Made by a program: the position numbers and the translations under genes. From an uncultured Gemmatimonadales bacterium (GTDB lineage: Bacteria; Gemmatimonadota; Gemmatimonadetes; Gemmatimonadales; GWC2-71-9), in assembly GCA_963779755.1 (NCBI GenBank), contig CAVZZO010000003.1, positions 32,001 through 96,000 on the forward strand: a stretch of DNA of 64,000 nucleotides, given 5' to 3'. The notes beneath the pieces were generated by a model. The model was not told where the DNA came from. It saw only the letters and a list, made by a program, of their open reading frames with translations, and did no database searches. Of the stretch, positions 30,657 to 45,323 are shown one piece after another (within the stretch, counting starts at the first letter, position 1; every line of letters starts with the position of its first letter).

Positions 30657-32041
30657 GATCCCTTCCTTTGCCCGGGGCCAGGTTGCTGCGAGGTGCCCCG
30701 GCGATATGCCTGTTGCTGTCCGTCCCAGTGCCGCCTCACGAGCAAACCACGAGCTACCCCTTTCTGGCTACTCTGCCCACTGCTCTGAACTCCGCCGACA
30801 CCGTCTGGCTCCTCGTATCCACGGCGCTCGTCCTCCTCATGACGCCCGCCCTGGGCTTCTTCTACGGCGGCTTGGTCCGGCGCAAGAACGTCCTCAACAC
30901 CATGATGATGAGCCTGGTCTCCCTCGGCGCGGTTGGGCTCGCCTGGGCGCTCCTGGGCTATAGCCTGGCCTTTGCTCCCGGCGGGCCGCTGCTGGGGGGG
31001 CTGAACCACGCCCTGCTCCGCAACGTGCGGTTGCAGGCCGGCTCCTGGGGAGCCTTTCCGCAACTGCTCTTCTTCGCCTATCAGGGTGCCTTCGCCATTA
31101 TCACCGCCGCCCTGATCTCCGGGGCCGTGGTCGAACGGATGCGCTTTGACGCTTACCTGCTGTTCATCGTCTGCTGGAGCCTGCTGGTGTATGCCCCCAT
31201 AGCGCACTGGGTCTGGGGTGGTGGGTGGCTGGGCCGGTTGGGCGCCCTCGATTTTGCCGGGGGCACCGTGGTGCACATCAGCGCCGGCGTTACGGCGGTT
31301 GTGGCGGCCCGCCTGATTGGCAGCCGGCATGATTACGGCCGCCAGGCCTTTCTGCCCCACAACGTTCCCTACGTGGTACTGGGAGCGGCCTTGCTCTGGT
31401 TCGGCTGGTTCGGGTTCAACGGGGGGAGCGCCCTCGCCGCGGGGCCCGTGGCGGTCCTGGCCTTCGTGAACACGCTGCTCGCGCCTGCGGCCACGTTGCT
31501 GACCTGGATGCTGCTGGAGCGCTGGCGGAATGGCCGTCCCACCGCGGTCGGGGCGGCAACCGGCGCCGTCGTGGGCCTCGTGGCGGTGACGCCGGCCGCC
31601 GGCTTCATCGCGCCCCAGAGCGCGATTGTCCTCGGCACTATCGCGGCACTGCCCAGTTATGGGATGGTTCAGTGGCGGCCGCGCACCTCCCTCGATGATT
31701 CGCTCGATGTGTTCGCCGCGCATGGCTTGGGGGGAATTACGGGGGCCCTGCTCACCGGCGTCTTCGCCGCGACCGCGTGGCACGCGCCCACCGAGGGGCT
31801 GATCGGCGGCCGCGCGCGCCAGCTCGGGATTCAGGCGGTGGCCGTCCTCGCGGTCGGAGGCTACAGCCTGGCGGCAACCTGGGTGTTGCTCGCCGCCATT
31901 CGGCGGTTCCTCGGTCTCCGTACGACCGAACGTGAAGAGGGTATCGGGATGGACATCGTCGAGCATGGGGAGGAGGCCTACAATCGCGGCGACGGCGCCG
32001 TGCTGGTCCCGCAGTTCAGAAAGCGAGGCGAGGACGCATGA
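30653..32041 (+). CDS. amtB: Ammonium transporter
   Basis: LVLLMTPALGFFYGGLVR, DFAGGTVVH, WFGWFGFNGGS, DDSLDVFAAHG; start uncertain. Confidence 0.95.
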   Translation: MRSLPLPGARLLRGAPAICLLLSVPVPPHEQTTSYPFLATLPTALNSADTVWLLVSTALVLLMTPALGFFYGGLVRRKNVLNTMMMSLVSLGAVGLAWALLGYSLAFAPGGPLLGGLNHALLRNVRLQAGSWGAFPQLLFFAYQGAFAIITAALISGAVVERMRFDAYLLFIVCWSLLVYAPIAHWVWGGGWLGRLGALDFAGGTVVHISAGVTAVVAARLIGSRHDYGRQAFLPHNVPYVVLGAALLWFGWFGFNGGSALAAGPVAVLAFVNTLLAPAATLLTWMLLERWRNGRPTAVGAATGAVVGLVAVTPAAGFIAPQSAIVLGTIAALPSYGMVQWRPRTSLDDSLDVFAAHGLGGITGALLTGVFAATAWHAPTEGLIGGRARQLGIQAVAVLAVGGYSLAATWVLLAAIRRFLGLRTTEREEGIGMDIVEHGEEAYNRGDGAVLVPQFRKRGEDA

Positions 32042-32448
32042 AGCTCATCGTCGCCGTCATTCGCCCGGAAAAGCTCAACGATGTGTTGCGGACCCTGTTT
32101 GCCGCCGAGGTCCGGGGAATCACCGTAACGCGGGTGGAAGGACACGGAGGGGAATACGAGGAGGTGGAGACCTACCGCGGAGCCACCGTGAAGATGGAAT
32201 TGACCGACAAGGTCAGGCTGGAAATCGGTGTGTCCGAGACATTCGTGGACCGCACCGTCCGGGCGCTGCTCGACTCGGCCCGAACCGGCGCCGTGGGGGA
32301 CGGCAAGATCTTCGTACTCCCCGTGCATAACGTTTACCGGATCAGGACCGGAGAGAGCGACGAGCTGGCCGTAACTCCGGAGCCGAGGCAGGGCGAGATT
32401 CGTGAGGAGTCGGGCCCTGGCAGAGACATTCCGGACGCGCCCGCGTGA
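32038..32448 (+). CDS. glnK: P-II family nitrogen regulator
   Basis: MKLIVAVIRP, YRGA, ARTGAVGDGKIFV; linked to amtB. Confidence 0.9.
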   Translation: MKLIVAVIRPEKLNDVLRTLFAAEVRGITVTRVEGHGGEYEEVETYRGATVKMELTDKVRLEIGVSETFVDRTVRALLDSARTGAVGDGKIFVLPVHNVYRIRTGESDELAVTPEPRQGEIREESGPGRDIPDAPA

Positions 32449-32473
32449 GCGTACGCCCCTTTACCTTCCTCTC

Positions 32474-33358
32474 ATGCCTGACGCCCCCCCCCGGTGCGGC
32501 CACGTCGCTCTGGCTGGCGCTCCGAACGCCGGGAAGTCCAGCCTGCTCAATGCCCTGGTCGGACAGCATCTCGCCATTGTTAGCCCGCGGCCCCAGGCGA
32601 CACGGCTGCCCGTCGTGGGGCTCCGCACCGACGCGGCGGTGCAATACATCTTCCACGACCTGCCCGGGCTCCTCGATCCGAAGTATCTGATGCAGTCGCG
32701 CATGCGCTACGTCGCGCTGGAAACGCTCAAGACGGCCGACCTAGTGCTCTATCTTCATCCTGCGCCGGAATCGCCCGCGCCGGAGTTTCAGGCCGCGGCC
32801 CAACTGGACCAGCCGCCGCGCGCGCCGGTGCGACTGGTCTATACCAAGGGCGACCTGGTGAGCCGGGAGCGCCGGGAGGAGCTGGCGCGGGAGGCGCCGG
32901 TCATCAGCGTCCTCGAAGGATCCGGCCTCGACCCGCTGCTGGCCGGGGTGGCGGCGGCGCTGCCCCAACGGCCCTTCGAATTCGATCCGGACGACGTGGG
33001 CACCCAGCCGCTGCGATTCTTCGTGGTCGAATACCTGCGGGAGGCCGCCTTCGACCTGCTGAGCGAAGAAGTGCCCTATGCCTTCACCGCCCAGGTCGAG
33101 GAGTTCCGGGAAGACGAGGACCCGGTGTACATTCGGGTGACGCTCTACGTGGAGCGAGACACCCAGAAAGCCATCCTGATCGGCAAGGGCGGCCAGACCA
33201 TCAAGGCCATCGGCCAGCACGCCCGCAACCGGCTCGAAAACCTGCTGGGGTCCCGCGTCTATCTCGACACCTGGGTCAAAGTCCTCCCGAACTGGCGCAA
33301 GAGCGCGGCCGCGCTCAGCCGCTTCGGGTTTCCCGAGGAGCCGCTCTCGCCATCATGA
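32474..33358 (+). CDS. era: GTPase Era
   Basis: [29 protein letters not shown] domain. Confidence 0.95.
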   Translation: MPDAPPRCGHVALAGAPNAGKSSLLNALVGQHLAIVSPRPQATRLPVVGLRTDAAVQYIFHDLPGLLDPKYLMQSRMRYVALETLKTADLVLYLHPAPESPAPEFQAAAQLDQPPRAPVRLVYTKGDLVSRERREELAREAPVISVLEGSGLDPLLAGVAAALPQRPFEFDPDDVGTQPLRFFVVEYLREAAFDLLSEEVPYAFTAQVEEFREDEDPVYIRVTLYVERDTQKAILIGKGGQTIKAIGQHARNRLENLLGSRVYLDTWVKVLPNWRKSAAALSRFGFPEEPLSPS

Positions 33359-33522
33359 CCCTCTCTCCCGAACTGCTCGAGATCCTGGTCTGTCCCAAGT
33401 GCCACGGCGAGCTGGAATATCGCCGGGAGCCGGAATCCCTGATCTGCCACGCCTGCCGCCTGGTCTATCCGGTGGAGGACGGGATTCCCGTCATGCTGAT
33501 CGACGAGGCAAAACCGCTCTGA
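33355..33522 (+). CDS. Trm112/YcaR-family protein (55 aa, below the ORF-track cutoff)
   Basis: [22 protein letters not shown]...[24 protein letters not shown]. Confidence 0.92.
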   Translation: MTLSPELLEILVCPKCHGELEYRREPESLICHACRLVYPVEDGIPVMLIDEAKPL

Positions 33523-34586
33523 TCCCGCCGCCGCTGCGGCCGCTCTGGCGCTCCGTCCTGCTCCTGGCGGTCCCGCTGAGCCTCGGCGTGGCCTGGACGG
33601 TCCGCCAGCCTTCGCCCCTCCTGCTGTTCGTCCTTTCCTGTGTGGCGGTGGTGCCCCTCGCCAGCTTCATGGGGGAGGCCACCGAACACCTCGCCCGGCA
33701 GAGCGGCCCGGCGTTGGGCGGGCTGCTCAATGCCACCTTCGGCAACGCCGCCGAGCTGATTATCGGCGTCCTGGCCCTCCGGGCCGGCCTGGTGGACCTG
33801 GTCAAGGCATCGGTCACCGGCAGTATTCTGGGCAATTTGCTGCTGATCCTGGGGCTGTCACTGCTGGCCGGAGGCCTCCGGCGTCCGGTCCTCCGATTCA
33901 ACCGGACGGCTGCCGGCATGACGGCCGCCATGCTGGCGCTTGCGGTGGTAGGTCTGGTCTTTCCCGCGCTGTTCCACCAGATGCACCCGGAGGCGGCCGC
34001 CAGCGAGCGCTGGCTCTCCGAGGGTGTGGCCCTCATCCTGGGACTGACCTACCTGTGCTCGCTGCTTTTTACGCTGAAGACGCACCGCCGCCTCTTCGGT
34101 GCGGAGGAGCACGCGGAGGAGGGGCCGGGCTGGAGCGCACCGCGCGCGGTGCTGATCCTGTCTGGTGCCACCGCGCTGGTGGCGCTGGAATCGGAAATCC
34201 TGGTCGCGGCGACCGAGCAGGTAACCGAGACGCTGCACCTGTCCCAGCTCTTCCTCGGCCTCATCGTGATACCCTTCATCGGCAATGCCGCCGAGCACGC
34301 GACCGCCGTCATGGTGGCGCGTAAGGGGAAGATGGACCTGGCACTGGGTATCGCACTCGGATCCAGCGCGCAGGTGGCGCTGCTCATTGCTCCGCTCCTG
34401 GTGCTGGCTGGCCTCTTGCTGGCGCAGCCCATGAACCTGGTATTCCGGCCGTTCGAGGTCCTGGCCCTGGGGCTCGCGACGGGCGTTACCGCTATTATCA
34501 CACTGGATGGGGAGTCGCACTGGTTCGAGGGGGTGCAGTTACTGGCCCTGTATGCCATGGTGGCCATCGCGAGCTACGTCATTTGA
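33519..34586 (+). CDS. cax: Ca2+/H+ exchanger; probable CTG start
   Basis: [36 protein letters not shown]. Confidence 0.92.
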   Translation: MIPPPLRPLWRSVLLLAVPLSLGVAWTVRQPSPLLLFVLSCVAVVPLASFMGEATEHLARQSGPALGGLLNATFGNAAELIIGVLALRAGLVDLVKASVTGSILGNLLLILGLSLLAGGLRRPVLRFNRTAAGMTAAMLALAVVGLVFPALFHQMHPEAAASERWLSEGVALILGLTYLCSLLFTLKTHRRLFGAEEHAEEGPGWSAPRAVLILSGATALVALESEILVAATEQVTETLHLSQLFLGLIVIPFIGNAAEHATAVMVARKGKMDLALGIALGSSAQVALLIAPLLVLAGLLLAQPMNLVFRPFEVLALGLATGVTAIITLDGESHWFEGVQLLALYAMVAIASYVI

Positions 34587-34642
34587 CATCGCCTCCCGGG
34601 GCCCGTAAGTTAGCATCGTTTAACTTCTTACGAGGATAACGG

Positions 34643-35617
34643 GTGCGGACTCGCCCGACCATTCTGTACTATTCGCCCGATTCCCGTCCCCTCCCCGGGC
34701 TGGTCCGGCAGTGGGCGGAGACGAAGTCGTTCCCCCTGATGGTGGTGGACTCGGCCGCCGAGGTCGAGTCCATCGTGCTGCGGGGGTTTCCCGCTATTCT
34801 GTTCGTGGATGCCGATGGCGAGCGGGGGGAAACCGGCAAGGAGCTGGTTCGCCGGCTCAAGGGCGACGCCTTCACCGCCATCATCCCGGTCGCAGTCCTG
34901 GCGGGGACGCACGACTCCGAATGCGTGCAGAGCTGGTTTGCCGCCGGGGGCGATGAAGTCATCACCGGCATCTTCTCGCCGGCCGAACAGCGCGCCCGGC
35001 TGGAAGCCATGCTGGTGCGCACCGAGCGCGACGTCTCGGTGCACCCGTCCACCCGTCTGCCGGGGACCACCGAAATCGAGCGGGAAATCCGCCGCCGGCT
35101 GGAATCGGGTACCGCGTTTGCCGTCTGCTACGCCGACCTCGATCACTTCAAGGAGTTCAACGACCGCTACAGCTACTACGACGGCGACCGGGTGATCTAC
35201 CTGGTATCCCGTCTGCTGCACGACGTCGTCAAGGGGATGGTGGGCGAGCGGGGGTTCGTGGGGCATATCGGCGGCGATGATTTCATTTTTATCATTCCGT
35301 CCAGCGAGATCAGCCCCGTCTGCACCGAGGTGCTGGAGGTGTTCGATATTCTCCTGCCGCTGCAGTACAGCGATCAGGACCGCCGGGCGGGGTACTTCTT
35401 CGGCAAGGACCGGCGGGGGCAGCTCCACCGTGTCCCGCTCATGACCTTGTCCATCGGCATCGTGACCAACCGTAATCGTCGCTTCACGCACCCCGCGCAG
35501 GTGAGTGAACTGGCGACCGAAATGAAAAGCTACGCCAAGACGCTGCCCGGCTCGGTCTTCGTGGTCGATCGCCGCAGCGGCGAGAACCAGGGCCCCGATG
35601 CCGGGGACCAGCGCTGA
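34643..35617 (+). CDS. Receiver-like plus GGDEF diguanylate cyclase
   Basis: DLDHFKEFNDRY, GHIGGDDF. Confidence 0.88.
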   Translation: MRTRPTILYYSPDSRPLPGLVRQWAETKSFPLMVVDSAAEVESIVLRGFPAILFVDADGERGETGKELVRRLKGDAFTAIIPVAVLAGTHDSECVQSWFAAGGDEVITGIFSPAEQRARLEAMLVRTERDVSVHPSTRLPGTTEIEREIRRRLESGTAFAVCYADLDHFKEFNDRYSYYDGDRVIYLVSRLLHDVVKGMVGERGFVGHIGGDDFIFIIPSSEISPVCTEVLEVFDILLPLQYSDQDRRAGYFFGKDRRGQLHRVPLMTLSIGIVTNRNRRFTHPAQVSELATEMKSYAKTLPGSVFVVDRRSGENQGPDAGDQR

Positions 35618-35628
35618 GGAATCACGGC

Positions 35629-36399
35629 ATGAACGTCACCTGTCCCAGCTGCAGTACCGTCTACCGGGTGGATCCCGCCAAGGTGCCGGCCGAAGGCGTT
35701 CGCGCCCGCTGCCGCATCTGCGCCGTGATCTTCCCGGTGAATCGCGAGGCCGGAGCGGCTCACCACCAGCCGCCTGCGCCCTCCCGGGCCGGCGCGGAGC
35801 CCGCAGTCGCGCCGGCGCCCCCTGCAGCGCCACCGGTGACGGCTCCTGCACCGCCGTCGATGCCGACGCCCCCCGCCGCCCCGCCCCCGGAAGCCGTCGC
35901 CGCCCCCGCTCCGGCCGTGCCCGGGACACCCCACCCGGAAGAGCCCCGACATACCGAGCCCTGGGGCGTCAGCCGCCCGCCGCGTAGCCCGGGGCCGGTG
36001 CCCGCGGTGATGCCACCCGCCTCGCCCGCACGGCCCGCCCCGGCCGCGCCCCGTGGTTCCTCTTCCGGCACCGCTCCGGCTTCGCCCGCGGTGGCGCCTC
36101 GAACTCCGTCCGGTTCCGCCGCGCCGGCCCGGCGCATGGTCAATCCGTTCCTCTCGCAGAACCCCGAAGCCAAGGCCCGCCGCCTGGCCCGGGCGCTGAT
36201 TTCCGATCTGGTGGTGTACAACCCGGAGCGGCGGCAACAGGCGCTGCAGAGCGGGACGCTCAAGGAGGTCTTCGACGAGGAGATCCGCAAGAGCTGGGAG
36301 GAATACACCGAGCAGGTCGGCCGGCAGACGGCAGAGTCCACCCCCTTCTTCACCGAGGCGCTGAACGAGATTCTGGCGGGGGGGAAGAAGGTCTTCTGA
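35629..36399 (+). CDS. Zinc-ribbon (MJ0042-like) protein with Pro/Ala linker and RomX-like C-terminal domain
   Basis: VTCPSC..YRVD..KVP..GVRARCRIC; ARRLARALISDLVVYN. Confidence 0.8.
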   Translation: MNVTCPSCSTVYRVDPAKVPAEGVRARCRICAVIFPVNREAGAAHHQPPAPSRAGAEPAVAPAPPAAPPVTAPAPPSMPTPPAAPPPEAVAAPAPAVPGTPHPEEPRHTEPWGVSRPPRSPGPVPAVMPPASPARPAPAAPRGSSSGTAPASPAVAPRTPSGSAAPARRMVNPFLSQNPEAKARRLARALISDLVVYNPERRQQALQSGTLKEVFDEEIRKSWEEYTEQVGRQTAESTPFFTEALNEILAGGKKVF

Positions 36400-36403
36400 A
36401 CCG

Positions 36404-36484
36404 CGGGAACGGGGAATCGGGAAAGGGGAATGGGATCGGGAGTTGAGACTCGCTTTCCCATTCCCCTTTCCCGTTTCCCGTTTT
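36404..36484. repeat. Heptamer tandem-repeat palindrome (terminator-like)
   Basis: CGGGAAAGGGGAATGGGA mirrored by TCCCATTCCCCTTTCCCG, then TTTT. Confidence 0.75.
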
Positions 36485-36540
36485 CTCTCCGGTCCGGCCT
36501 ATTATCTTTGTTGCGAATCAACGACTTACGGAGCACACCC

Positions 36541-37638
36541 ATGTCCGCCCTGACCGACCGCTTCGACGAGCTGCACCGGCGTCTCACCGAGCTGCGAGAC
36601 TTTCTTTGACCTGGACCGCAAGAAATCCCGCCAGGCCGAGCTGGAGGCCCGCCAGGCCGACCCCGGCTTCTGGACCAACCAGGAGCGGGCGCGGGAGGTG
36701 GTGCGTGAGTTCAAGGAGCTGAAGAGCACCATTGAGCCGTGGGAGGAGCTACGCGACCGGCTCGAGGGCGCCCAGGGCATGGCAGAACTGCTGGAAGCCG
36801 AGCCCGACGAGGCCATGCAGGCGGAGCTGGAACAGGAAGCCGAGGCCTGCGTTACGGCGCTGGACGACCTCGAGCTGCGCGCCATGCTCCAGGGCGCCGA
36901 CGACGCCCGGGACGCCATTCTCACCATTCATCCGGGCGCAGGCGGGACGGAATCCCAGGACTGGGCTGAGATGCTCATGCGGATGTACGTCCGCTGGGCG
37001 GAGCGCCACGACTACGACGTCACCATCCTCGACATGCTCCCCGGCGAGGAGGCGGGCATCAAGTCGGCCACCATCGAGATCAAGGGCCAGTATGCCTTCG
37101 GGTACCTGCGGGCGGAAAAGGGCGTGCACCGGCTGGTCCGGATCAGCCCTTTCGACGCGCAGGCGCGGCGGCATACCTCGTTCGCCTCGGTCTTCGTCTA
37201 TCCCGATATCGACGACACCATCGAGATCGACCTCCGGGAGGAAGACATCAGAATGGACGTCTTCCGCGCTTCCGGGGCCGGCGGGCAGCACGTCAACAAG
37301 ACGTCCTCGGCGGTACGCCTGACCCACGTTCCCACCGGCCTCGTGGTCTCCTGCCAGCAGGAACGCAGCCAGGTGAAGAACCGCCAGGTGGCCATGAAGA
37401 TGCTGCGCGCCGCGCTGTATCAGCGGAAGCTGGAGGAGCAGGAAGCGGCCAAGGCCGTGCTGGAGGCCACCAAGACCGACAACTCCTGGGGCAACCAGAT
37501 CCGCTCCTACGTCTTTCAGCCCTACACCATGGTGAACGACCACCGGACCGAGCTCAAGGTGGGCGACGTCCAGCGGGTCATGGACGGCGATCTCGACCCC
37601 TTCATCCACAGCTTCCTCAAGCGCTCGGGGAGCGCGGC

Positions 37639-37642
<4 letters not shown>
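36541..37642 (+). CDS. prfB: Peptide chain release factor 2 with programmed +1 frameshift
   Basis: CTT-TGA-C at 36604-36610; SPF and GGQ motifs in the +1 frame. Confidence 0.97.
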
Positions 37643-39197
<1,555 letters not shown>

Positions 39198-39198
<1 letters not shown>

Positions 39199-40487
39199 TG
39201 GCGCGCTGGTGGACCGGGCTGCGCCAGCTGTTGCGCTGGCCCAGCCGGCTGGAACGGCAGATCGCGGGCCGCTACCTGCGCAGCCGCAAGACCAGCCGTA
39301 CGCTTTCCCTCAATACCTTCATCTCCCTGGGCGGGGTGACCATCGGGGTCACCGCGCTGATCGTGGTGCTGGGCGTGATGAACGGCCTGCGGGACGACCT
39401 GCGGCAGCGCATCCTGGTGGCCAGCCCGCATCTGCGGATCCTCACCTACGGCAGCGGGCTGGAGCTGGACGACTGGCAGCAGGTCCAGCACGTGGTGCAG
39501 CAGGATCCCGGTGTCGTCGCGTCGGCGCCCGAGGTGATCACCGAATCGGTGATCAGCGCCGGGCACCAGTACGCCGAGGGTGTGCAGATCCTCGGATTCG
39601 ATCCCGGCGTGTCCGATTCGGTCACCTCGCTGCCCGGCGCCATTACCAGGGGCGACCTCAAGTTTACGCCCCGGCGGACCGACGTCGACGGCGCCATCGT
39701 GCTGGGCTACCGGCTGGCGAGCCGGCTCACCGTGGGCATGGGCGACGTGGTGTACCTCGTCCCCACGGCGGGCATGCAGGTCAATCCGGCACTCGGGGTG
39801 GCGGTGCCCAAGTACTGGCGCTTCGAAGTGACCGGCCTCTTCAATACGGGGATGTACCAGTACGACAACAAGCTGGTGGTCATCTCCCTCGCCGCCGCCC
39901 AGCGCTTCACCGGCCTGGGCAACGCCGTGAGTGCCCTGGCCATCCGGGTCCGCGATCCCTGGAAGGCGCCCGAGATCGGGCGCCGGCTGGAGGAGCGGCT
40001 GGGCTATCCCTACCGGGCCTTCGACTGGCAGACCCAGAACTCCACCCTCTTCGGCGCGCTCAAGCTGGAGAAGCTGGCCATGGGCCTGATCATCTTCTTC
40101 ATCATGATCGTGGCGGCATTCAATATCGTGGGCACGCTCACCATGGTGGTCAACGACAAGACCCGGGAAATCGGCATCCTGCAGGCCATGGGCCTCACCC
40201 CGCCGGCCATCGGCAGGATCTTCCTGGCCCAGGGCGCCGTCATCGGGCTGGTGGGTGTGGTGGTTGGCCTGGTCCTGGGCCTGGGCATCAGCGTCGCGGT
40301 GGACCGGGGCAACTGGATCAGGATCGATCCGGCCGTGTATTTTATTGATCACCTGCCGATTCACGTCGAGGTCTCCGATGTCCTCGTCGTGGCCGTCGCC
40401 GGCGTGCTGCTGGCCCTGCTGGCGACGCTCTATCCCTCCCGGTCCGCCGCCTCGCTGTCGCCGGTGGACGCGATCCGCCACGAATGA
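39198..40487 (+). CDS. Lipoprotein-releasing ABC permease LolC/E
   Basis: GVTALIVVLGVMNG, VAAFNIVGTL, KTREIGIL; followed by lolD. Confidence 0.92.
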
Positions 40488-41188
40488 GCGCGGTCCTGGA
40501 GGCGCGGAGCCTGCGCAAGGTGTACCAGGGAGGGGACGGCACCGATATCGAGGTGCTGAACGACCTCTCCCTCACGGTGGCGCGCGGGGAGTTCGTGGCC
40601 ATCATGGGTGAGAGCGGGGCGGGGAAGAGCACCCTGCTGCACCTGCTGGGTGCACTCGACCTGCCCAGTGGCGGCGAGGTGCTCCTCGAGGGGCATAGCT
40701 TCGCCGGCCACAGCCTGGCGGAACTGGCGCCCCTCAGGAACCGGAAACTGGGGTTCGTGTTCCAGTTTCACCATCTCCTGCGGGAGTTCACCGCGCTGGA
40801 GAACGCCATGCTCCCGTTGCTGATCGCGGGCGCCGACGAGGCCCGCGCCCGCGCCCGCGCCCGGGAGCTGCTGGAAAGCCTGGGGCTCGCGGCACGGCTC
40901 AGCCACCGGCCGGCGCAGTTGTCCGGCGGGGAGCAGCAACGGGTGGCGGTGGCGCGGGCGCTGGTGAACGAGCCGGCCGTGATCCTGGCCGACGAACCGT
41001 CGGGCAACCTGGACCGGCACAACAGCGACCGCCTGCACCAGCTGTTTGCCGGCCTCTCGCGCCAGTTCGAGACGGCGCTGGTGGTGGTGACCCACAACCC
41101 TTCGCTGGCGGGACAGGCGGATCGGGTGCTGATGCTGGAAGGCGGCCTGCTGGTGCCGGGCCCCGGGATGGAGTCGGTATCGAAATGA
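40484..41188 (+). CDS. lolD: Lipoprotein-releasing ABC ATPase
   Basis: GESGAGKST, GFVFQFHHLL, LSGGEQQR. Confidence 0.92.
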   Translation: MSAVLEARSLRKVYQGGDGTDIEVLNDLSLTVARGEFVAIMGESGAGKSTLLHLLGALDLPSGGEVLLEGHSFAGHSLAELAPLRNRKLGFVFQFHHLLREFTALENAMLPLLIAGADEARARARARELLESLGLAARLSHRPAQLSGGEQQRVAVARALVNEPAVILADEPSGNLDRHNSDRLHQLFAGLSRQFETALVVVTHNPSLAGQADRVLMLEGGLLVPGPGMESVSK

Positions 41189-41691
41189 AGTGTACCCAAT
41201 GCGGTGAACGGGAAGCCATTGTCCACCTGACCCAGATGGCCGAGGATCAGGTGACCACACTCCATCTCTGTGAGCGCTGTGCCGCCGAGAAGGGGGTCGA
41301 GAGCGGGGGGATGTTGTCCAAGAACCCGCTGGGCACGTTTCTGGCTGCGATGGGCGAGGGAATGAAGGACACCGTCCCTGTGGGGGACATCGCCCGGCCA
41401 TTCGTCTGTCCCAGATGCGGGGCCTCGCTCCAGGACTTCCGCGAGAGCGGCCGGCTGGGCTGCCCCGAGTGCTACCGGGCCCTGGGCGAGCCGCTGCGGG
41501 AATTGCTGCGGCGGCTGCACGGCTCCGCCCGGCACGTCGGGCGCTGGTACGCCGCGCCGGGCGCCAGCCCCGGCACCGGCGAGGAACGCGCCCGGGTGGC
41601 CGATCTGCGCGAGCAGCTGCGCCTGGCCGTGGAGACCGAGAACTTCGAACGGGCCGCCGAACTGCGCGACCTGCTGCGGACCGAGGAATGA
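41185..41691 (+). CDS. mcsA: McsA (UVR-domain, CxxC-rich activator)
   Basis: CTQC, CERC, CPRC, GRLGCPECY, ENFERAAELRD. Confidence 0.93.
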   Translation: MKCTQCGEREAIVHLTQMAEDQVTTLHLCERCAAEKGVESGGMLSKNPLGTFLAAMGEGMKDTVPVGDIARPFVCPRCGASLQDFRESGRLGCPECYRALGEPLRELLRRLHGSARHVGRWYAAPGASPGTGEERARVADLREQLRLAVETENFERAAELRDLLRTEE

Positions 41692-42770
41692 TCGATTTCA
41701 GCCTGCTCACCGATGGAGGCATGCCCTGGCTCGATGCCAGCGGGCCGGAGAGCCACCTGGTCCTCTCCACCCGGGTGCGCCTGGCCCGCAACCTGAGCAC
41801 CCATGCCTTTACCATGCGGAACAGCCCGCACGACCGCGAGGAGATCCTCGCCGCGGTGGAGGCTGCCGCCCGGGCCACCCCCGGTCTGGGGCACGCGGTC
41901 CGCTTCCGGCTGGACCAGCTGGAGACGGCCGACCGGCAGCTGCTGCACGAGCGGCACCTGGTGAGCAAGGAGCTGGCCGGCCTGGAGGGTGAAACGGGCG
42001 TGCGCTCCGGCGCATCTCTGCTGGTACAGGACCGGCTCGGGGTCATGCTCAACGAGGAGGACCACCTCCGGCTGCAGGGCATGCGGTCCGGCCTGGCGCT
42101 GGAGGCCGCGTATGCCGATGTCGAGCGGCTGGACACCGAACTGGGACAACGAGTTCCCTTCGCATTTCACTCTGAGTTCGGTTATCTTACGGCGTGCCCG
42201 ACCAACGTCGGCACGGGGTTGCGCGCATCGGTCCTGATCCACCTGCCCGGGCTGGTCCTCACCAAAGAAATCTCCCGGGTCTTGCAGAGTCTGAGCCAGG
42301 TGGGCCTGACGTTCCGCGGCCTGTATGGCGAGGGGAGCGAGGTGGTCGGCAACTTCTTCCAGCTCTCCAACCAGACGACGCTGGGCAAATCCGAACGCGA
42401 CCTGCTGGACCATCTGGGCAAGATCGTCCGGCAGGTGATCGAATACGAAGAGCAGGCGCGCCAGGTGCTGTTGCGCGACGCGCCGGCCATCATCGAGGAC
42501 AAGGTCTGGCGGGCCTACGGGCTGCTGCGCTACGCCCGGATGCTGTCCTTCGATGAAACCATGAACCTGTTAAGCGGCGTACGGCTGGGAGTCGGGCTCG
42601 GTCTGGTGACCGGTGTCGGGTTGTACACGCTGAACAAACTGCTGATCCACTGCCAGCCGGCGCACCTGGCGGTGATGGAAGGCGTGACCGCGGGCGATCC
42701 TTCGCTGGCCGTCCGGCGTGCGCGCTTTGTACGTTCACTTCTGGAGGAGGAAGCGGGGCGGCCTCGCTAG
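41688..42770 (+). CDS. mcsB: Protein arginine kinase
   Basis: STRVRLARN, NEEDHLRLQ, GYLTACPTNVGTGLRAS. Confidence 0.95.
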   Translation: MIDFSLLTDGGMPWLDASGPESHLVLSTRVRLARNLSTHAFTMRNSPHDREEILAAVEAAARATPGLGHAVRFRLDQLETADRQLLHERHLVSKELAGLEGETGVRSGASLLVQDRLGVMLNEEDHLRLQGMRSGLALEAAYADVERLDTELGQRVPFAFHSEFGYLTACPTNVGTGLRASVLIHLPGLVLTKEISRVLQSLSQVGLTFRGLYGEGSEVVGNFFQLSNQTTLGKSERDLLDHLGKIVRQVIEYEEQARQVLLRDAPAIIEDKVWRAYGLLRYARMLSFDETMNLLSGVRLGVGLGLVTGVGLYTLNKLLIHCQPAHLAVMEGVTAGDPSLAVRRARFVRSLLEEEAGRPR

Positions 42771-42795
42771 CCCGGTTTCCGCGCTGGTTTGCACA

Positions 42796-45264
<2,469 letters not shown>

Positions 45265-45273
45265 CCACCTTCC

Positions 45274-45307
45274 GCCGCCGGTTCCGCCCGGGACCGGCGG
45301 CTTTCTC
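45274..45307 (+). terminator. Putative intrinsic terminator after clpC
   Basis: GCCGCCGGTTCC-gccc-GGGACCGGCGGC followed by TTTCTC. Confidence 0.55.
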
Positions 45308-45323
45308 CCCGGCTCCCACGTTC

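Noticed and set aside
35760..36130. Low-complexity GC-rich repeat-like tract
   Set aside because: Encodes the Pro/Ala linker of the zinc-ribbon protein; not an independent DNA element
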